Origin: Cyanobacteria bacterium J06626_6
GTDB lineage: Bacteria; Cyanobacteriota; Cyanobacteriia; Phormidesmidales; Phormidesmidaceae
Reading direction: 5' to 3'
Assembly: GCA_038523095.1 (NCBI GenBank)
Contig: JBCBJS010000025.1
Location: 153-64,152 of the forward strand
DNA length: 64,000 nt
Shown: positions 18,218 to 28,154 of the stretch, in pieces
Layout: every line of letters begins with the position of its first letter
Numbering within the stretch: the stretch's first letter is position 1
Position numbers and translations under genes: made by a program
The notes under the pieces: model-generated
The model's input: only the letters and a program-made list of their open reading frames with translations
The model's database searches: none
Told to the model about the DNA's origin: nothing

Positions 18218-18259
18218 CTGACTGATTCCACCTGACTGATTCCACCTGACTGATTCCGC
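18218..18259 (+). repeat. Tandem repeat, 14 bp x3 (CTGACTGATTCCAC)
   Basis: Units at 18218, 18232, 18246. Confidence 0.9.
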
Positions 18260-18285
18260 TATCTGACATCCTCTCACCGCCTTCA

Positions 18286-19218
18286 ATGCCCAATCCCGAC
18301 TACATCCTCTACGCGCAGCATGGCTGGGCCGACATCAACCAAGGCATTGGTACCCTCGCCCAAAAAATTGCCAGCCCCCGGGCAAAGGTCATCGTCCCCA
18401 ACTTAGGATTTGTCAATACCTGGATCAGGATTGCACCGCTGATTGACCGGGTAGAAGCGCTCGCCCTCCAAACCCAGTCCGAACATCCAGAAACGCCCCT
18501 GAGAATCGTTGGGCATTCCATGGGCGGACTCATCTGGCTAGAAGTCCTCTCCCGCCATCCCGAGTGGTGGCCCCAGGTAGAATCACTGGTCCTCGTCGCC
18601 TCTCCAGTGGGCGGCGCAGATATCAGCCGCATGATTGACCCTTTTGAGTGGGGTATCGGCATTGCCAGAGACCTAGGCACCAATCGCCGCGCCCTCGCTG
18701 AGAAAATTGCGGCCAATGTGCCAACGCTGATCATCGCAGGCGACTGTGACGGTGGCAGCGATGGCGTTGTCCCCGTCGAATGCACCAAGATTCAACAGGC
18801 CAGCTACGTCACCGTGCGCAACATCAACCACGACAGGATGAAAAAGCACCCCGCCGTGGCAGAGATTATTCAGCAGTTCTGGCAGAATACCGACCACCTC
18901 TGTGTGCCCCAGCCGGTAGAGACCTACTGCGATCGCGTCATTCGTCAGCTCCAGGCTATCCCCGGCATAACCGATGCCCACTATCGAGGCTTCAAGGCAT
19001 CGGTACAGTGGTCTCCCTTACCCGAAGGCCTTACCCTGCGCACCTGGCAAAATCGTCTGGGTATTCACCATGTATTCCTGGCCAATCGCGCCGGAGACTG
19101 CCTGTTTGCAGGCTTTGTAGGCTGGCCACACACAGAAGCGCTCTATGGCACCCTGTGGTATCTGCGTGCCCAGGGAATTCATATCCAGGAGGGGAGCCAC
19201 CACCGTAGCTGTAGCTGA
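18286..19218 (+). CDS. Alpha/beta hydrolase (lipase-like)
   Basis: QHGW oxyanion motif, GHSMGG nucleophile elbow, SDGVVP, H near NHD. Confidence 0.85.
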   Translation: MPNPDYILYAQHGWADINQGIGTLAQKIASPRAKVIVPNLGFVNTWIRIAPLIDRVEALALQTQSEHPETPLRIVGHSMGGLIWLEVLSRHPEWWPQVESLVLVASPVGGADISRMIDPFEWGIGIARDLGTNRRALAEKIAANVPTLIIAGDCDGGSDGVVPVECTKIQQASYVTVRNINHDRMKKHPAVAEIIQQFWQNTDHLCVPQPVETYCDRVIRQLQAIPGITDAHYRGFKASVQWSPLPEGLTLRTWQNRLGIHHVFLANRAGDCLFAGFVGWPHTEALYGTLWYLRAQGIHIQEGSHHRSCS

Positions 19219-20486
19219 TCTGGCGTTAGCGGTGAACCTAGGCTAAGCGGTAGCCAAAAGAAAAAGGCAAGTGCGATCGCGCCCAGCAATACTCCTGCAA
19301 GCACTCTTGTGGCCACTGTCATCCCCGGTCCAAACCATCCGCTCATTAGCCAGGCCAACGCCATAAATCCAAACACAGCGGCAGGCATATGCAGATAGAG
19401 ATACGTGCACCGGTGCACTAGCACCCACGGCACCCAGTTCGACAGATACCCAATTAGCAAATAGCTACTGATATCTCGATGTCCTTTAATATCTCCATGA
19501 CCACTATTGTTTCTATTTGCAAGTACCCAGCCCCGCCTCTGAATCTGCCACAGTCCGCTCAAGCACAGAATTAACACCGCAGCTGCCGACAGCCACCACA
19601 GCGCCGGATTGCCTATATTGTTCACTGTATAAACAGTTTTACCAAAGTCCTCGTACCAGTAGGCAATTGGCTTGATGAGCAGCGGCCATGTGTACCATCT
19701 AGAGCAAGCCGTCTGGATGGCATTTAGCTGTTGATGAAACGAAAACAGCCTCCAATGAATAGAGACAAAAGTTTCACCTGTCAGCTGTAAATGAGGCCAC
19801 CAAATGAGCCAATACACAACAAAAGGAACGACGCCCATGTAAGCAGCCCGCAGAAAAGCAACAGTCTTACCCCAGCGCATGCCTCGCGACTTACCATCAC
19901 AGCAGCTGTCCCACAGCAACAGACTCAAAACATAGCCAAGACCGTTCCACTTCACACCGATTGCAGCGCCGAGAGCCACACCTGCGAGCACCCGCAGCCG
20001 CGTTCTAGTCGGCCTAGGCGCTACCTGCGCGCTAAGCCATAGCCAGTGCCCCAGCAAACCAAAGAACACCCCGTAAACATTTAGCAGCGCATAGCGAGAC
20101 TCTGTTACAAACAGACCGTCGATAGCGACGAAAGTCCCTGCAAGAAGGCTGAAGATCCATGATTGAATCTGCGATCGCCCGCTTGTTAGGGTTCGTGCGA
20201 TCGCAACCACCAAAATCGGGATACAGGCACCGACAAAGGCATTCATCCAGCGATAGCTCAAAGGCAACAGCTCGATATCTGCTGTCACATCACCTGCAGA
20301 AAGCTGAGCTGTATAGTCAATGGAACCATGTGCATGTAGCCAGATGCCAGCCGCAATCAGGTACTTACCCAGCGGCGGATGGGCATCGAATACGGGATAC
20401 CCCTCCAGATACGCCTGGGCAAACTGCGCATAGTAAACCTCATCAAAGACCAAGCTGTTGAAGCGGCCAATCTGCCAAAAGCGCAA
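19179..20486 (-). CDS. Phospholipid-carrier-dependent glycosyltransferase (PMT/ArnT-like, protein O-mannosyltransferase family)
   Basis: VFDEVYY, DAHPPLGKYL, GNPALWW. The frame stays open upstream to 20570 with a TM helix but no ATG/GTG/TTG. Confidence 0.85.
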   Translation of the reverse strand: MRFWQIGRFNSLVFDEVYYAQFAQAYLEGYPVFDAHPPLGKYLIAAGIWLHAHGSIDYTAQLSAGDVTADIELLPLSYRWMNAFVGACIPILVVAIARTLTSGRSQIQSWIFSLLAGTFVAIDGLFVTESRYALLNVYGVFFGLLGHWLWLSAQVAPRPTRTRLRVLAGVALGAAIGVKWNGLGYVLSLLLWDSCCDGKSRGMRWGKTVAFLRAAYMGVVPFVVYWLIWWPHLQLTGETFVSIHWRLFSFHQQLNAIQTACSRWYTWPLLIKPIAYWYEDFGKTVYTVNNIGNPALWWLSAAAVLILCLSGLWQIQRRGWVLANRNNSGHGDIKGHRDISSYLLIGYLSNWVPWVLVHRCTYLYLHMPAAVFGFMALAWLMSGWFGPGMTVATRVLAGVLLGAIALAFFFWLPLSLGSPLTPDQLQLRWWLPSWI

Positions 20487-20681
20487 ACCAAAGCCAAGCC
20501 CAACAACGGCGACGAGCCCAAAACCAACAGCTAATTTGCCAAACCTTCGAATCGTCTTAGCAGGTCTCTTTCAACACGTGCGGTAGGGTCTTAGCCCTCC
20601 AAAGACTAGCAAATATTGGATCTGCAGACCACAAGAGCCAGCGCGTTAAAGCCAGCGCATTAAAACAGATGATCACTCACC

Positions 20682-21440
20682 TCATAGCTGTGACCACTCC
20701 TCCGGCAACAGATTCGCCTGGAGCGTGAAACCGCCACTGCCATCTGGCGTAAGGACATAGGCCATGCCCTGAGGGTCGGGGTAAATCCCCGTCGCCGCCT
20801 CAAAGATATCATCGTGACCCACAATCACCGTGTTTGTACCTTCAGCCGGTGCTGCCGTGAGCAAAGGCGTCACATTGGCTTTCATCTCTTCGACCTGCGC
20901 ATCGGTGTAGTCTTCGAAAGGGAGGAAGTTGAGCTGGGCATTTTTTTCATAGCTGCCAAACGCAAGCTCCGCCGTCTGCCAAGCGCGACAGTACTCACTG
21001 GTAATAATTTCTCCAATCGGAATAGCTTTCTCTTCGAAGGCAGCCCCAATATCTTCAGCTTGCTGTATGCCCACATCATTGAGCTTCCGCTGGGTCTCAC
21101 AGTCATCCAATTTCATGTTGGGGTCGGCTTGATCTGCGTAGTCTCTCTCAGTCTGAGCGTGACGGAAATAAATAACATGGCCGCCCTCCTGCAGAGCGCT
21201 CAGAAGCTGCGGACCGCTAAGCTTATCCTGAAAATCCGCATTGGCTTGCTCGCCTGCGCTGTAGCCCGCGCCTTCGCCGCCTTCACCGCCTTCACCGCCT
21301 TCGCCGCCTTCAGCGACCTCAGCTGTATCCGGCGCAGTGCTCACTTCAGGCTCTGTCGTCGTGCTTCCACTGCAGGCAGTCACACCTGCCACGAGCCCCA
21401 AAGCCAAAAATAGCTCTACCGTCTTTAGTCGCTTAGTCAT
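20682..21440 (-). CDS. Histidine phosphatase family lipoprotein with EGG repeat linker
   Basis: Lipobox VTAC, YFRHA motif, SEYCRAWQTA, IVGH; AEGGEGGEGGEGGEG linker. Confidence 0.85.
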   Translation of the reverse strand: MTKRLKTVELFLALGLVAGVTACSGSTTTEPEVSTAPDTAEVAEGGEGGEGGEGGEGAGYSAGEQANADFQDKLSGPQLLSALQEGGHVIYFRHAQTERDYADQADPNMKLDDCETQRKLNDVGIQQAEDIGAAFEEKAIPIGEIITSEYCRAWQTAELAFGSYEKNAQLNFLPFEDYTDAQVEEMKANVTPLLTAAPAEGTNTVIVGHDDIFEAATGIYPDPQGMAYVLTPDGSGGFTLQANLLPEEWSQL

Positions 21441-21818
21441 TGCAAATCCTCGAATCGAGTTGAGCGTGGTAAATTTATTGAAAACAGATCTCAATAATAA
21501 AAACAAAAATACATCGTTCCCGATTAAGAATCAAGCACGGCAAACAGCACGGTTCAGGGGAGAACGTTGGTAGTACTACGAAAATAAAGCATTTTCAGCT
21601 ATTTTCATCCACGACGCTCACTGCCAATATTAAGAAAGGTGTTCGGATAAAATGAAAACTGTTCTAGTCAAGAAGCTGAGATATGCTATTTCCCAAAAAT
21701 GAATCTCATTAAAAGACATTCAGCAAAAAGCCCACACCATACTTTGTGTGGGCCAGAATCAAAGTGAAAGCCAAAGTGAAAGATGTAGAGGGTTGAAAAA
21801 CCGCGTGATATTATCGCG

Positions 21819-24140
21819 CTATGCCTCAGTATTTCCGGACTTCATTGCGGCTTCCGTCTTCTGAGCATCCAGCTTCAGCAAAATCGCACTCAGAGGCGGC
21901 AGCGTTAAATCTAGCGAGTAGGGCCTGTTATGAAATGACCAGTCATCAGACCATTTACCGCCCAAATTGCCAATGTTTGCGCCGCCAAATTCTTTGGCAT
22001 CGCTGTTGAAGATTTCACGGTAATAGCCCTTCTGAGGCACCCCTACCCGGTAGTGGCTGTGGGGCTGCGGGGTAAAATTGCACACCGCCAAAATAAATTC
22101 GTCGCTGTTTTTGTCGTAGCGGATAAATGAGACAACGCTGTGGCGGTTATCGCTGCAGTCCACCCACTGAAAGCCTTCCTGGGAGAAGTCTTGAGTGTGG
22201 AGGGCAGGTTCTCGGCGATAAAGCGTATTGAGCCGCTCGATGCAGTGCTTCAGATTTTTGTGTGGGTCAAACTGTAGCAGGTGCCACTCTAGGTCACCCC
22301 ACACATTCCACTCGCTCCACTGACCAAACTCCATCCCCATAAACAGCGTCTTCTTGCCAGGATGGGCAAACATATAGGTATACAGCGCCCGCAAGTTTGC
22401 CATCTTTTGCCAGTCGTCACCTGGCATTTTGCCAATCATGTGGCTCTTACCGTGCACGACCTCATCGTGGGAGAGCGCCAGCATAAAGTTTTCACTGAAG
22501 GCGTACCAAATGCTGAATGTCACATTGTTTTGGTGAAACTGACGGAACCAAGGATCCATCTCGAAGTAGTCGAGCATGTCGTTCATCCAGCCCATGTTCC
22601 ACTTCAGGTTGAACCCGAGTCCACCCACGTAGGTTGGCCAAGAAACCATGGGCCAGGAGGTCGATTCCTCTGCGATTGACAGCGCTCCGGGGTAGTAGCT
22701 AAAGAGCACATGGTTTACCTGCTTAAGGCACTCGGCAGCCTCGATATTTTCCCGGCCGCCATACTCATTGGCCACCCACTCGCCTGGCTTCCGGTTGTAG
22801 TCCAGGTACAGCATAGAAGCCACCGCATCTACCCGAATACCGTCAATGTGAAACTTATCAAACCAGAAAAGCACATTTGCAATTAAAAAGTTGCGAACCT
22901 CATTTCGCCCATAGTTGAACACCAGAGTTCCCCACTCCTTGTGCTCACCCTTGCGCGGGTCGGCGTGCTCGTACAAATGTGTTCCATCAAAAAAGGCCAA
23001 ACCATGGCCGTCTTTTGGAAAATGGCCCGGCACCCAGTCGACGATTACCCCAATGCCATGCTGATGGCACTGATCAACGAAGTACATAAAATCTTCCGGG
23101 CTGCCGTAGCGCGAAGTAGGTGCAAAGTAGCCCGTCACCTGATAGCCCCAAGACCCATCAAAGGGGTGCTCCGCCACTGGCAGCACCTCAATATGGGTAA
23201 AGCCCATATCTTTTACGTAGGGAATCAGCTTTGCTGCTAGCTCCCGGTATGTGAGAAAGCGAGCCCCCGGCTTCAGGTCTGCAACGGTTACCGCTGGCGC
23301 TTTGCTGCCATCTGCCTGCTTAGCGGGCTCCGCAGAAGACGCATGCAGCCAAGAGCCCAAGTGAACTTCGTACACTGAGATTGGCTGTGTCATCTGATCG
23401 GTCTGACGACGATGCTCTAGCCAGTCGGTATCGTGCCACTGGTAGCTATCTAGCTCAGCAACAATGGAGGCCGTCTTGGGCCGCACTTCCTGATGAAAAC
23501 CGTAGGGATCAGACTTTTCATAAATATGACCGTCGTGGTTTTTGATCTCGTATTTGTAGGAGTCACCTGTCTTCAGCTGAGGAATAAATAAGTCCCAAAT
23601 ACCGCTACTGCCTTTGCGCATCTGATGTCGGCGGCCATCCCAGCTGTTAAAGTCGCCCATCACAGAGACATTTCGTGCATTGGGTGCCCAGACCGCAAAG
23701 TAGACGCCCGAAACGCCGTCTTTTTCCATGGGGTGCGCGCCCATCTTCTCGTAGATACGGTGATGGTTGCCTTCTGCAAACAGGTGCTCATCGAACCCGG
23801 TAATCACCGGAGACTTAAAGGCATAAGGATCGTAGGTGACTTGCTCTGTCGGACCCTCTTTGTAGCGAATTTGGTAGTTGACGAGCTTTTCTTCATCAAC
23901 GGCAGCATCCTCAATAACCGCCTCAAAAAAGTGAGGGTGCTGATCATTTTGCATGGGGTACTCTTTTCGAGCCTCAGGAAGAACGATCCATGCCGTATCT
24001 GCCTTTGGCAAATAGGTCCGGACTACCCAAACTTTTTTGCCGTCTTGATCAATCGTGTGCGGACCTAACACCTCGAAGGGATTTTGATGTTGGTTCCATA
24101 CAATCCGCTCAATCTGCTCAAGAGCAACCGTTGACGACAT
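21819..24140 (-). CDS. glgB: 1,4-alpha-glucan branching enzyme (GH13)
   Basis: [50 protein letters not shown]. Confidence 0.97.
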   Translation of the reverse strand: MSSTVALEQIERIVWNQHQNPFEVLGPHTIDQDGKKVWVVRTYLPKADTAWIVLPEARKEYPMQNDQHPHFFEAVIEDAAVDEEKLVNYQIRYKEGPTEQVTYDPYAFKSPVITGFDEHLFAEGNHHRIYEKMGAHPMEKDGVSGVYFAVWAPNARNVSVMGDFNSWDGRRHQMRKGSSGIWDLFIPQLKTGDSYKYEIKNHDGHIYEKSDPYGFHQEVRPKTASIVAELDSYQWHDTDWLEHRRQTDQMTQPISVYEVHLGSWLHASSAEPAKQADGSKAPAVTVADLKPGARFLTYRELAAKLIPYVKDMGFTHIEVLPVAEHPFDGSWGYQVTGYFAPTSRYGSPEDFMYFVDQCHQHGIGVIVDWVPGHFPKDGHGLAFFDGTHLYEHADPRKGEHKEWGTLVFNYGRNEVRNFLIANVLFWFDKFHIDGIRVDAVASMLYLDYNRKPGEWVANEYGGRENIEAAECLKQVNHVLFSYYPGALSIAEESTSWPMVSWPTYVGGLGFNLKWNMGWMNDMLDYFEMDPWFRQFHQNNVTFSIWYAFSENFMLALSHDEVVHGKSHMIGKMPGDDWQKMANLRALYTYMFAHPGKKTLFMGMEFGQWSEWNVWGDLEWHLLQFDPHKNLKHCIERLNTLYRREPALHTQDFSQEGFQWVDCSDNRHSVVSFIRYDKNSDEFILAVCNFTPQPHSHYRVGVPQKGYYREIFNSDAKEFGGANIGNLGGKWSDDWSFHNRPYSLDLTLPPLSAILLKLDAQKTEAAMKSGNTEA

Positions 24141-24493
24141 ATAAATTACCTGACCCGCTTTTCGTTATTAAAAATTCTGAACGCTGCTATTGATTAGTCT
24201 TAGTAAACAGTCTAAAACTATCGGTAACCACGCACAGCTACCATGTTGATTTGATATAGCTGTAAGCTTAACAAAGCTTAGTGGTTTAAGCGAGCCCCCC
24301 AGTTTCAATCCAGACTCCCTCAGTTTCAGGCTATATTGGCTATTCTCAGCCGATCTGAGGGTTACACCCTCGGACGAGTTCTTACTCTGATTATCATTCT
24401 GAATACTCGTGAATAGTAGGCCTTTCTGAAGCTACGGCAATCCACATTACTAAAGAAATGCGTTCGCTAGTAGATAGGACTTAGAAAAATAAC

Positions 24494-24973
24494 CTAGAAA
24501 AAGGGCACGAGGGGCCTTAGAGCACGTCTTAGCTGAAGCAAAAAGACCAGGTATCGGAGATCCTCACGAATAAGAGGCGTACCGCCGGGATCTGCAAGCT
24601 CTGCCTGCAGCTGTGCGTATTCGGCAGCGGTAAGGGGTTCTCCTGTTAAGGGCGATCGCGCCTCAGTAATAATCTCCGTCCGCAAAATTTCTTCTGGAAT
24701 GTCATCCTCAGCCGTTCCAGAGGGCATTTCAGAAGGCGCTGGTAGAGTTTCTAGCAGGTCCGGCACTGGGCTGGCTGGTTCACCCGAATCCAGAGCATCC
24801 AAATTCAGCTCATTCGGCTCTGCTACCACAGAAATATCGGTCACAACTGCAGGCAGTTCTGCTCGACCAGGAAATGCATCTCCTAAAATGACACCCGAGA
24901 AAACACTCAGGGCGATCGCAACAGCAGGGACAGGCAAAGCTTGTGGTTTCAAATATGATTTCCAGCGCAGCAT
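24494..24973 (-). CDS. Conserved cyanobacterial hypothetical protein
   Basis: Signal-like N-terminus; C-terminal DIPEEILRTEIITEARSPLTGEPLTAAEYAQL motif. Start at ATG 24973 inferred. Confidence 0.7.
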   Translation of the reverse strand: MLRWKSYLKPQALPVPAVAIALSVFSGVILGDAFPGRAELPAVVTDISVVAEPNELNLDALDSGEPASPVPDLLETLPAPSEMPSGTAEDDIPEEILRTEIITEARSPLTGEPLTAAEYAQLQAELADPGGTPLIREDLRYLVFLLQLRRALRPLVPFF

Positions 24974-25242
24974 CAATGAAAAGTCTCTCGTCATCAACTC
25001 ATAGTGGGCTTGATGAGTCCCCATCAAACCCACTATATAACCACCATATAAATAGACCATGTAAACAGGCCATATCAATACAGGTACCCCAAATAGGTGC
25101 CCCGAGACAGATACCGTAGTGTCCCACGTGATGTTATCTCAGCTTTATCTATCATCTAAATTTGTGAAATATCAACAAAATGCACTAAGGTGATGCCGCA
25201 CGGCTCATTGATAGACCGTACTTACTAGGAAAAAGCTGAGCT

Positions 25243-26145
25243 ATGAAATTCATCCAAGGAAAATTCCAAAACAAAGTAACCCAGGGGCTGGTCGCGGCCG
25301 CTGTGTTGACAAGTGTCGCCGGAATTGCCCACAAGGCAGCCTTGGCACAGGCCCTCTTGCAGCAGCAGGGCACCCTGGCACCCATGGAAGACGCTTACAC
25401 CTTCGATGGAGAAGCAGGCCAAACCATGACCATTGAGCTGCAGAGCGAAGATTTTGACACCATTTTGCTGCTCAAAGGGCCAGACGGCGAAATTATCACC
25501 TCCAACGACGATTACGGCGGTACCCTCAACTCAACCATCGTGGTTGAGCTACCTACAGCTGGGACCTATAGTGCAGTCGCTAGTTCCTTTTCGGGCCAAG
25601 GTGGCAACTACCAGATAGAAGTTCGACCAGCCAGTGAGTACGAACAAGTCTTCAGCCGGGCCTACGATCTCTCCGTTTCTGAAGACTTCGAAGATTCTAT
25701 CGAGGCCTACACCGCGGCCATTCAGCTTGATGACACGGACCCCGGAGCATACTTGGGCCGAGCCGAAGCTCGCATAAATCAGGCATATATCAGCTCCACG
25801 ATTGACATTGGCGGCCCCGAAGACCTGCCTGAAAGCGTTGTCGATGCCGTCGTCGAAGACTATCTCAAAGCAGCTGACCTACTCGATCAGCAGGGGCAGT
25901 CAGGACCGGCGGCCTCTCTTCGGGAGCAAGCTCAGTACTTCACAGGTGAACCCTCCGGGCCAGTAGATGTCCCCGGAGTGGACTCGCCCGAAATAGCACC
26001 TGAAGTAGAGACGCCTGGAACAGAAACGCCTGAAGTAGAGACACCTGGAGTAGGCAGCCCAGATGCCCCCATTCCCGTCGAGCCAGACGGTGGCATCGGC
26101 GATGGTGCCGAGCCGCTTCCAGATGCTGAGCAACCGGCTGAATAA
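25243..26145 (+). CDS. Secreted PPC (pre-peptidase C-terminal) domain plus TPR protein
   Basis: Signal peptide; YTFDGEAGQTMTIELQSEDFDTILLL...NDD..G.LNSTI; TPR-like AIQLDDTDPGAYLGRA; Pro/acidic tail. Confidence 0.8.
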   Translation: MKFIQGKFQNKVTQGLVAAAVLTSVAGIAHKAALAQALLQQQGTLAPMEDAYTFDGEAGQTMTIELQSEDFDTILLLKGPDGEIITSNDDYGGTLNSTIVVELPTAGTYSAVASSFSGQGGNYQIEVRPASEYEQVFSRAYDLSVSEDFEDSIEAYTAAIQLDDTDPGAYLGRAEARINQAYISSTIDIGGPEDLPESVVDAVVEDYLKAADLLDQQGQSGPAASLREQAQYFTGEPSGPVDVPGVDSPEIAPEVETPGTETPEVETPGVGSPDAPIPVEPDGGIGDGAEPLPDAEQPAE

Positions 26146-26173
26146 CGTGACTGAATAAATAGCCAATCTTAAG

Positions 26174-26365
26174 TTACACCTGTTGAAAGACGCCCTCACG
26201 CTCCTTCAGCTCATCCAAAATCGAGCGATGACCACACTGCGAGCATACGGTGCTTGGCTGCTGTGCGTTCCCAGATTGTTCGCCGACAGCTGGGGTGTGC
26301 CAGTCAATGTATATCTGCTCGCACTGTGGACATTTCACAGTTACGGTTTTGGGCGGAAGTGTCAT
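26174..26365 (-). CDS. Small CxxC...CxxC (zinc-ribbon-like) protein
   Basis: CPQC and CSQC pairs in 63 aa. Confidence 0.65.
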   Translation of the reverse strand: MTLPPKTVTVKCPQCEQIYIDWHTPAVGEQSGNAQQPSTVCSQCGHRSILDELKEREGVFQQV

Positions 26366-26389
26366 AGGTAGCAATGGCCTTTATGAAAG

Positions 26390-26441
26390 TTGACTCGTGA
26401 ATATTGACTTGTGAATATTGACTCGTGAATATTGACTGGTG
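26390..26441 (+). repeat. Tandem repeat, 14 bp x about 3.7 (TTGACTCGTGAATA)
   Basis: Units at 26390, 26404, 26418, 26432. Confidence 0.9.
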
Positions 26442-26449
26442 CGAGGCGG

Positions 26450-27343
26450 CTAACTGCGAATGCGCTTTAGCAATCGCCCATCGAGTACGGCTAGGCCACC
26501 CAAGATTAAGCTCATACCGACTATTGCCGGTAAGCTGAGGCGCTCCTGTAAAAAAATTGTACTCATCAACACTGCACTTAGCGGCACCAAAAAAGAAACA
26601 AGAGAGGTATTGACAACGCCCATTTCAGCCAGCAGTCGAAAATATACGATGTAGGCGATCGCAGTCGAAAATACGCCTAATCCCACCACCGCCAATCCCG
26701 CCCCTAGGGCGCCATCACCCGCAGCTAATAGCGGCAGAGGCCACTCCAACACCAGGGACAGCGGCACTACCAGCAGTGTCCCCATCGTAATTGTCATGGT
26801 GGATACTAGCTCTGCCTTCACCCGCTTAAACCGCCGTCCCCAGAAACCTGCCACCGAGTAAGACAGCGCCGCTGCCAGCATCGCCAGCTCCCCAGCGCCC
26901 TGCAGGCTAAAGCCCTGCAGGACCTGCGGACCAATCAGGACAACCACGCCCGCAAAGCCCAACAGCACGCCCAGCGCGCGAGTCAGCGTCAGCCGCTCCA
27001 GACCAAATAAACTTGCGATCGCAACTGTAAACACAGGCGAAGAAGCAATCAAAATAGCCGCCAAGCTCGCATCGATATACTGCTGCCCCCACACCACCAG
27101 ACCAAACGGCAGTAAATTGCTCACCAAACTCAGACCTGCGCACTCCAGCCAAACCCATCTATCCTGCGGCCACCGCTGCCCCTGCGACAAAATCACCGCA
27201 TTCAGCAGAACCGTAGCAACCACCATTCGCCCCGCGACAATCACCAGCGGTGGAAACGTAGGCAGAGCAATTTCCATCAGCACGAAGGCGCTTCCCCAGA
27301 AAAAAGCAGGAATACAGAGCAGTAGCCACTGTTTGATAGTCAT
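26450..27343 (-). CDS. DMT/EamA family transporter
   Basis: AFFWGSAF, WGQQYIDASLAAIL, YFRLL, VSFLVPL; about 10 TM segments. Confidence 0.9.
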   Translation of the reverse strand: MTIKQWLLLCIPAFFWGSAFVLMEIALPTFPPLVIVAGRMVVATVLLNAVILSQGQRWPQDRWVWLECAGLSLVSNLLPFGLVVWGQQYIDASLAAILIASSPVFTVAIASLFGLERLTLTRALGVLLGFAGVVVLIGPQVLQGFSLQGAGELAMLAAALSYSVAGFWGRRFKRVKAELVSTMTITMGTLLVVPLSLVLEWPLPLLAAGDGALGAGLAVVGLGVFSTAIAYIVYFRLLAEMGVVNTSLVSFLVPLSAVLMSTIFLQERLSLPAIVGMSLILGGLAVLDGRLLKRIRS

Positions 27344-27506
27344 AGAGTGCAGTGCGATGTAGCCACCAAAAATTGTAAAGGCCAAAAGTTGTAAAGGCCA
27401 AAAGTTGTAGAGAGAGGGTAGGCGAGCTACACGTAAGGCCTAAAGGTGCTGTTGATAAGTTTCACAAATGTCGCGCACTCCAGTTTCCCGAGCGGGTCTT
27501 CCGCCC

Positions 27507-28154
27507 CTAAGAAAACACCGAAAGCTGCTTTCCCTTAGCTACTTTCATGCCTTCAGACAAGTCCATTCCCTCATGGGACAGCAGCCATCGCTTTCGCCCT
27601 AGCCCGCCTGCATAGCCCGTCAACTTCCCACCAGCACCCACCACACGGTGACAGGGCAGCGCAATCGAGATCGGATTCAGCGAATTCGCCATCCCTACGG
27701 CCCTTACCGCCTTCGGATTGTTCAATCTCTGCGCTAGCTCCCCATAGGTCACCACAGAACCTGGTGCAATGTCCCGCAGCTCCTGCCAGACCTGTCGCTG
27801 AAAATCAGTTCCGCCCGTTGCCATCGGGACCTCTAGCAGCGCCGTTAGCTCCCCTGCAAAGTAGCGTCTCACGCGATCGCTCATTCCACCTGGATTCTGC
27901 ACAGAAACCAGCGCTACAGAATCAAACCGCCTTGCCAACAGCTTCATCATTCGCGCCCGATAATCTTCAAAATCCAGCGCTAGCAGTACACCCTCAGAAA
28001 CAACAACAACGACATCCCCAATCGGAGTCGGCACAATGTCTGTTTCTAGCGTTTCAAAATTGTTCTGAGCTTTCAATACCTGATCTTTCAACATCTGATC
28101 TTTTAGCATCTGACTATCTTTCAACAACATTGTTCTTTCCAGCACAACTATCAA
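27507..28154 (-). CDS. ogt: Methylated-DNA--protein-cysteine methyltransferase
   Basis: GGTDFQRQVW, TYGELA, AVRAVGMA, PCHRV active site, GYAGG. TTGA overlap with the upstream gene. Confidence 0.92.
   Translation of the reverse strand: MIVVLERTMLLKDSQMLKDQMLKDQVLKAQNNFETLETDIVPTPIGDVVVVVSEGVLLALDFEDYRARMMKLLARRFDSVALVSVQNPGGMSDRVRRYFAGELTALLEVPMATGGTDFQRQVWQELRDIAPGSVVTYGELAQRLNNPKAVRAVGMANSLNPISIALPCHRVVGAGGKLTGYAGGLGRKRWLLSHEGMDLSEGMKVAKGKQLSVFS

Noticed and set aside
24385-24402. Fur-box-like TGATTATCATT upstream of glgB
   Set aside because: Only a partial match to the 19-bp Fur consensus in AT-rich DNA; single instance.
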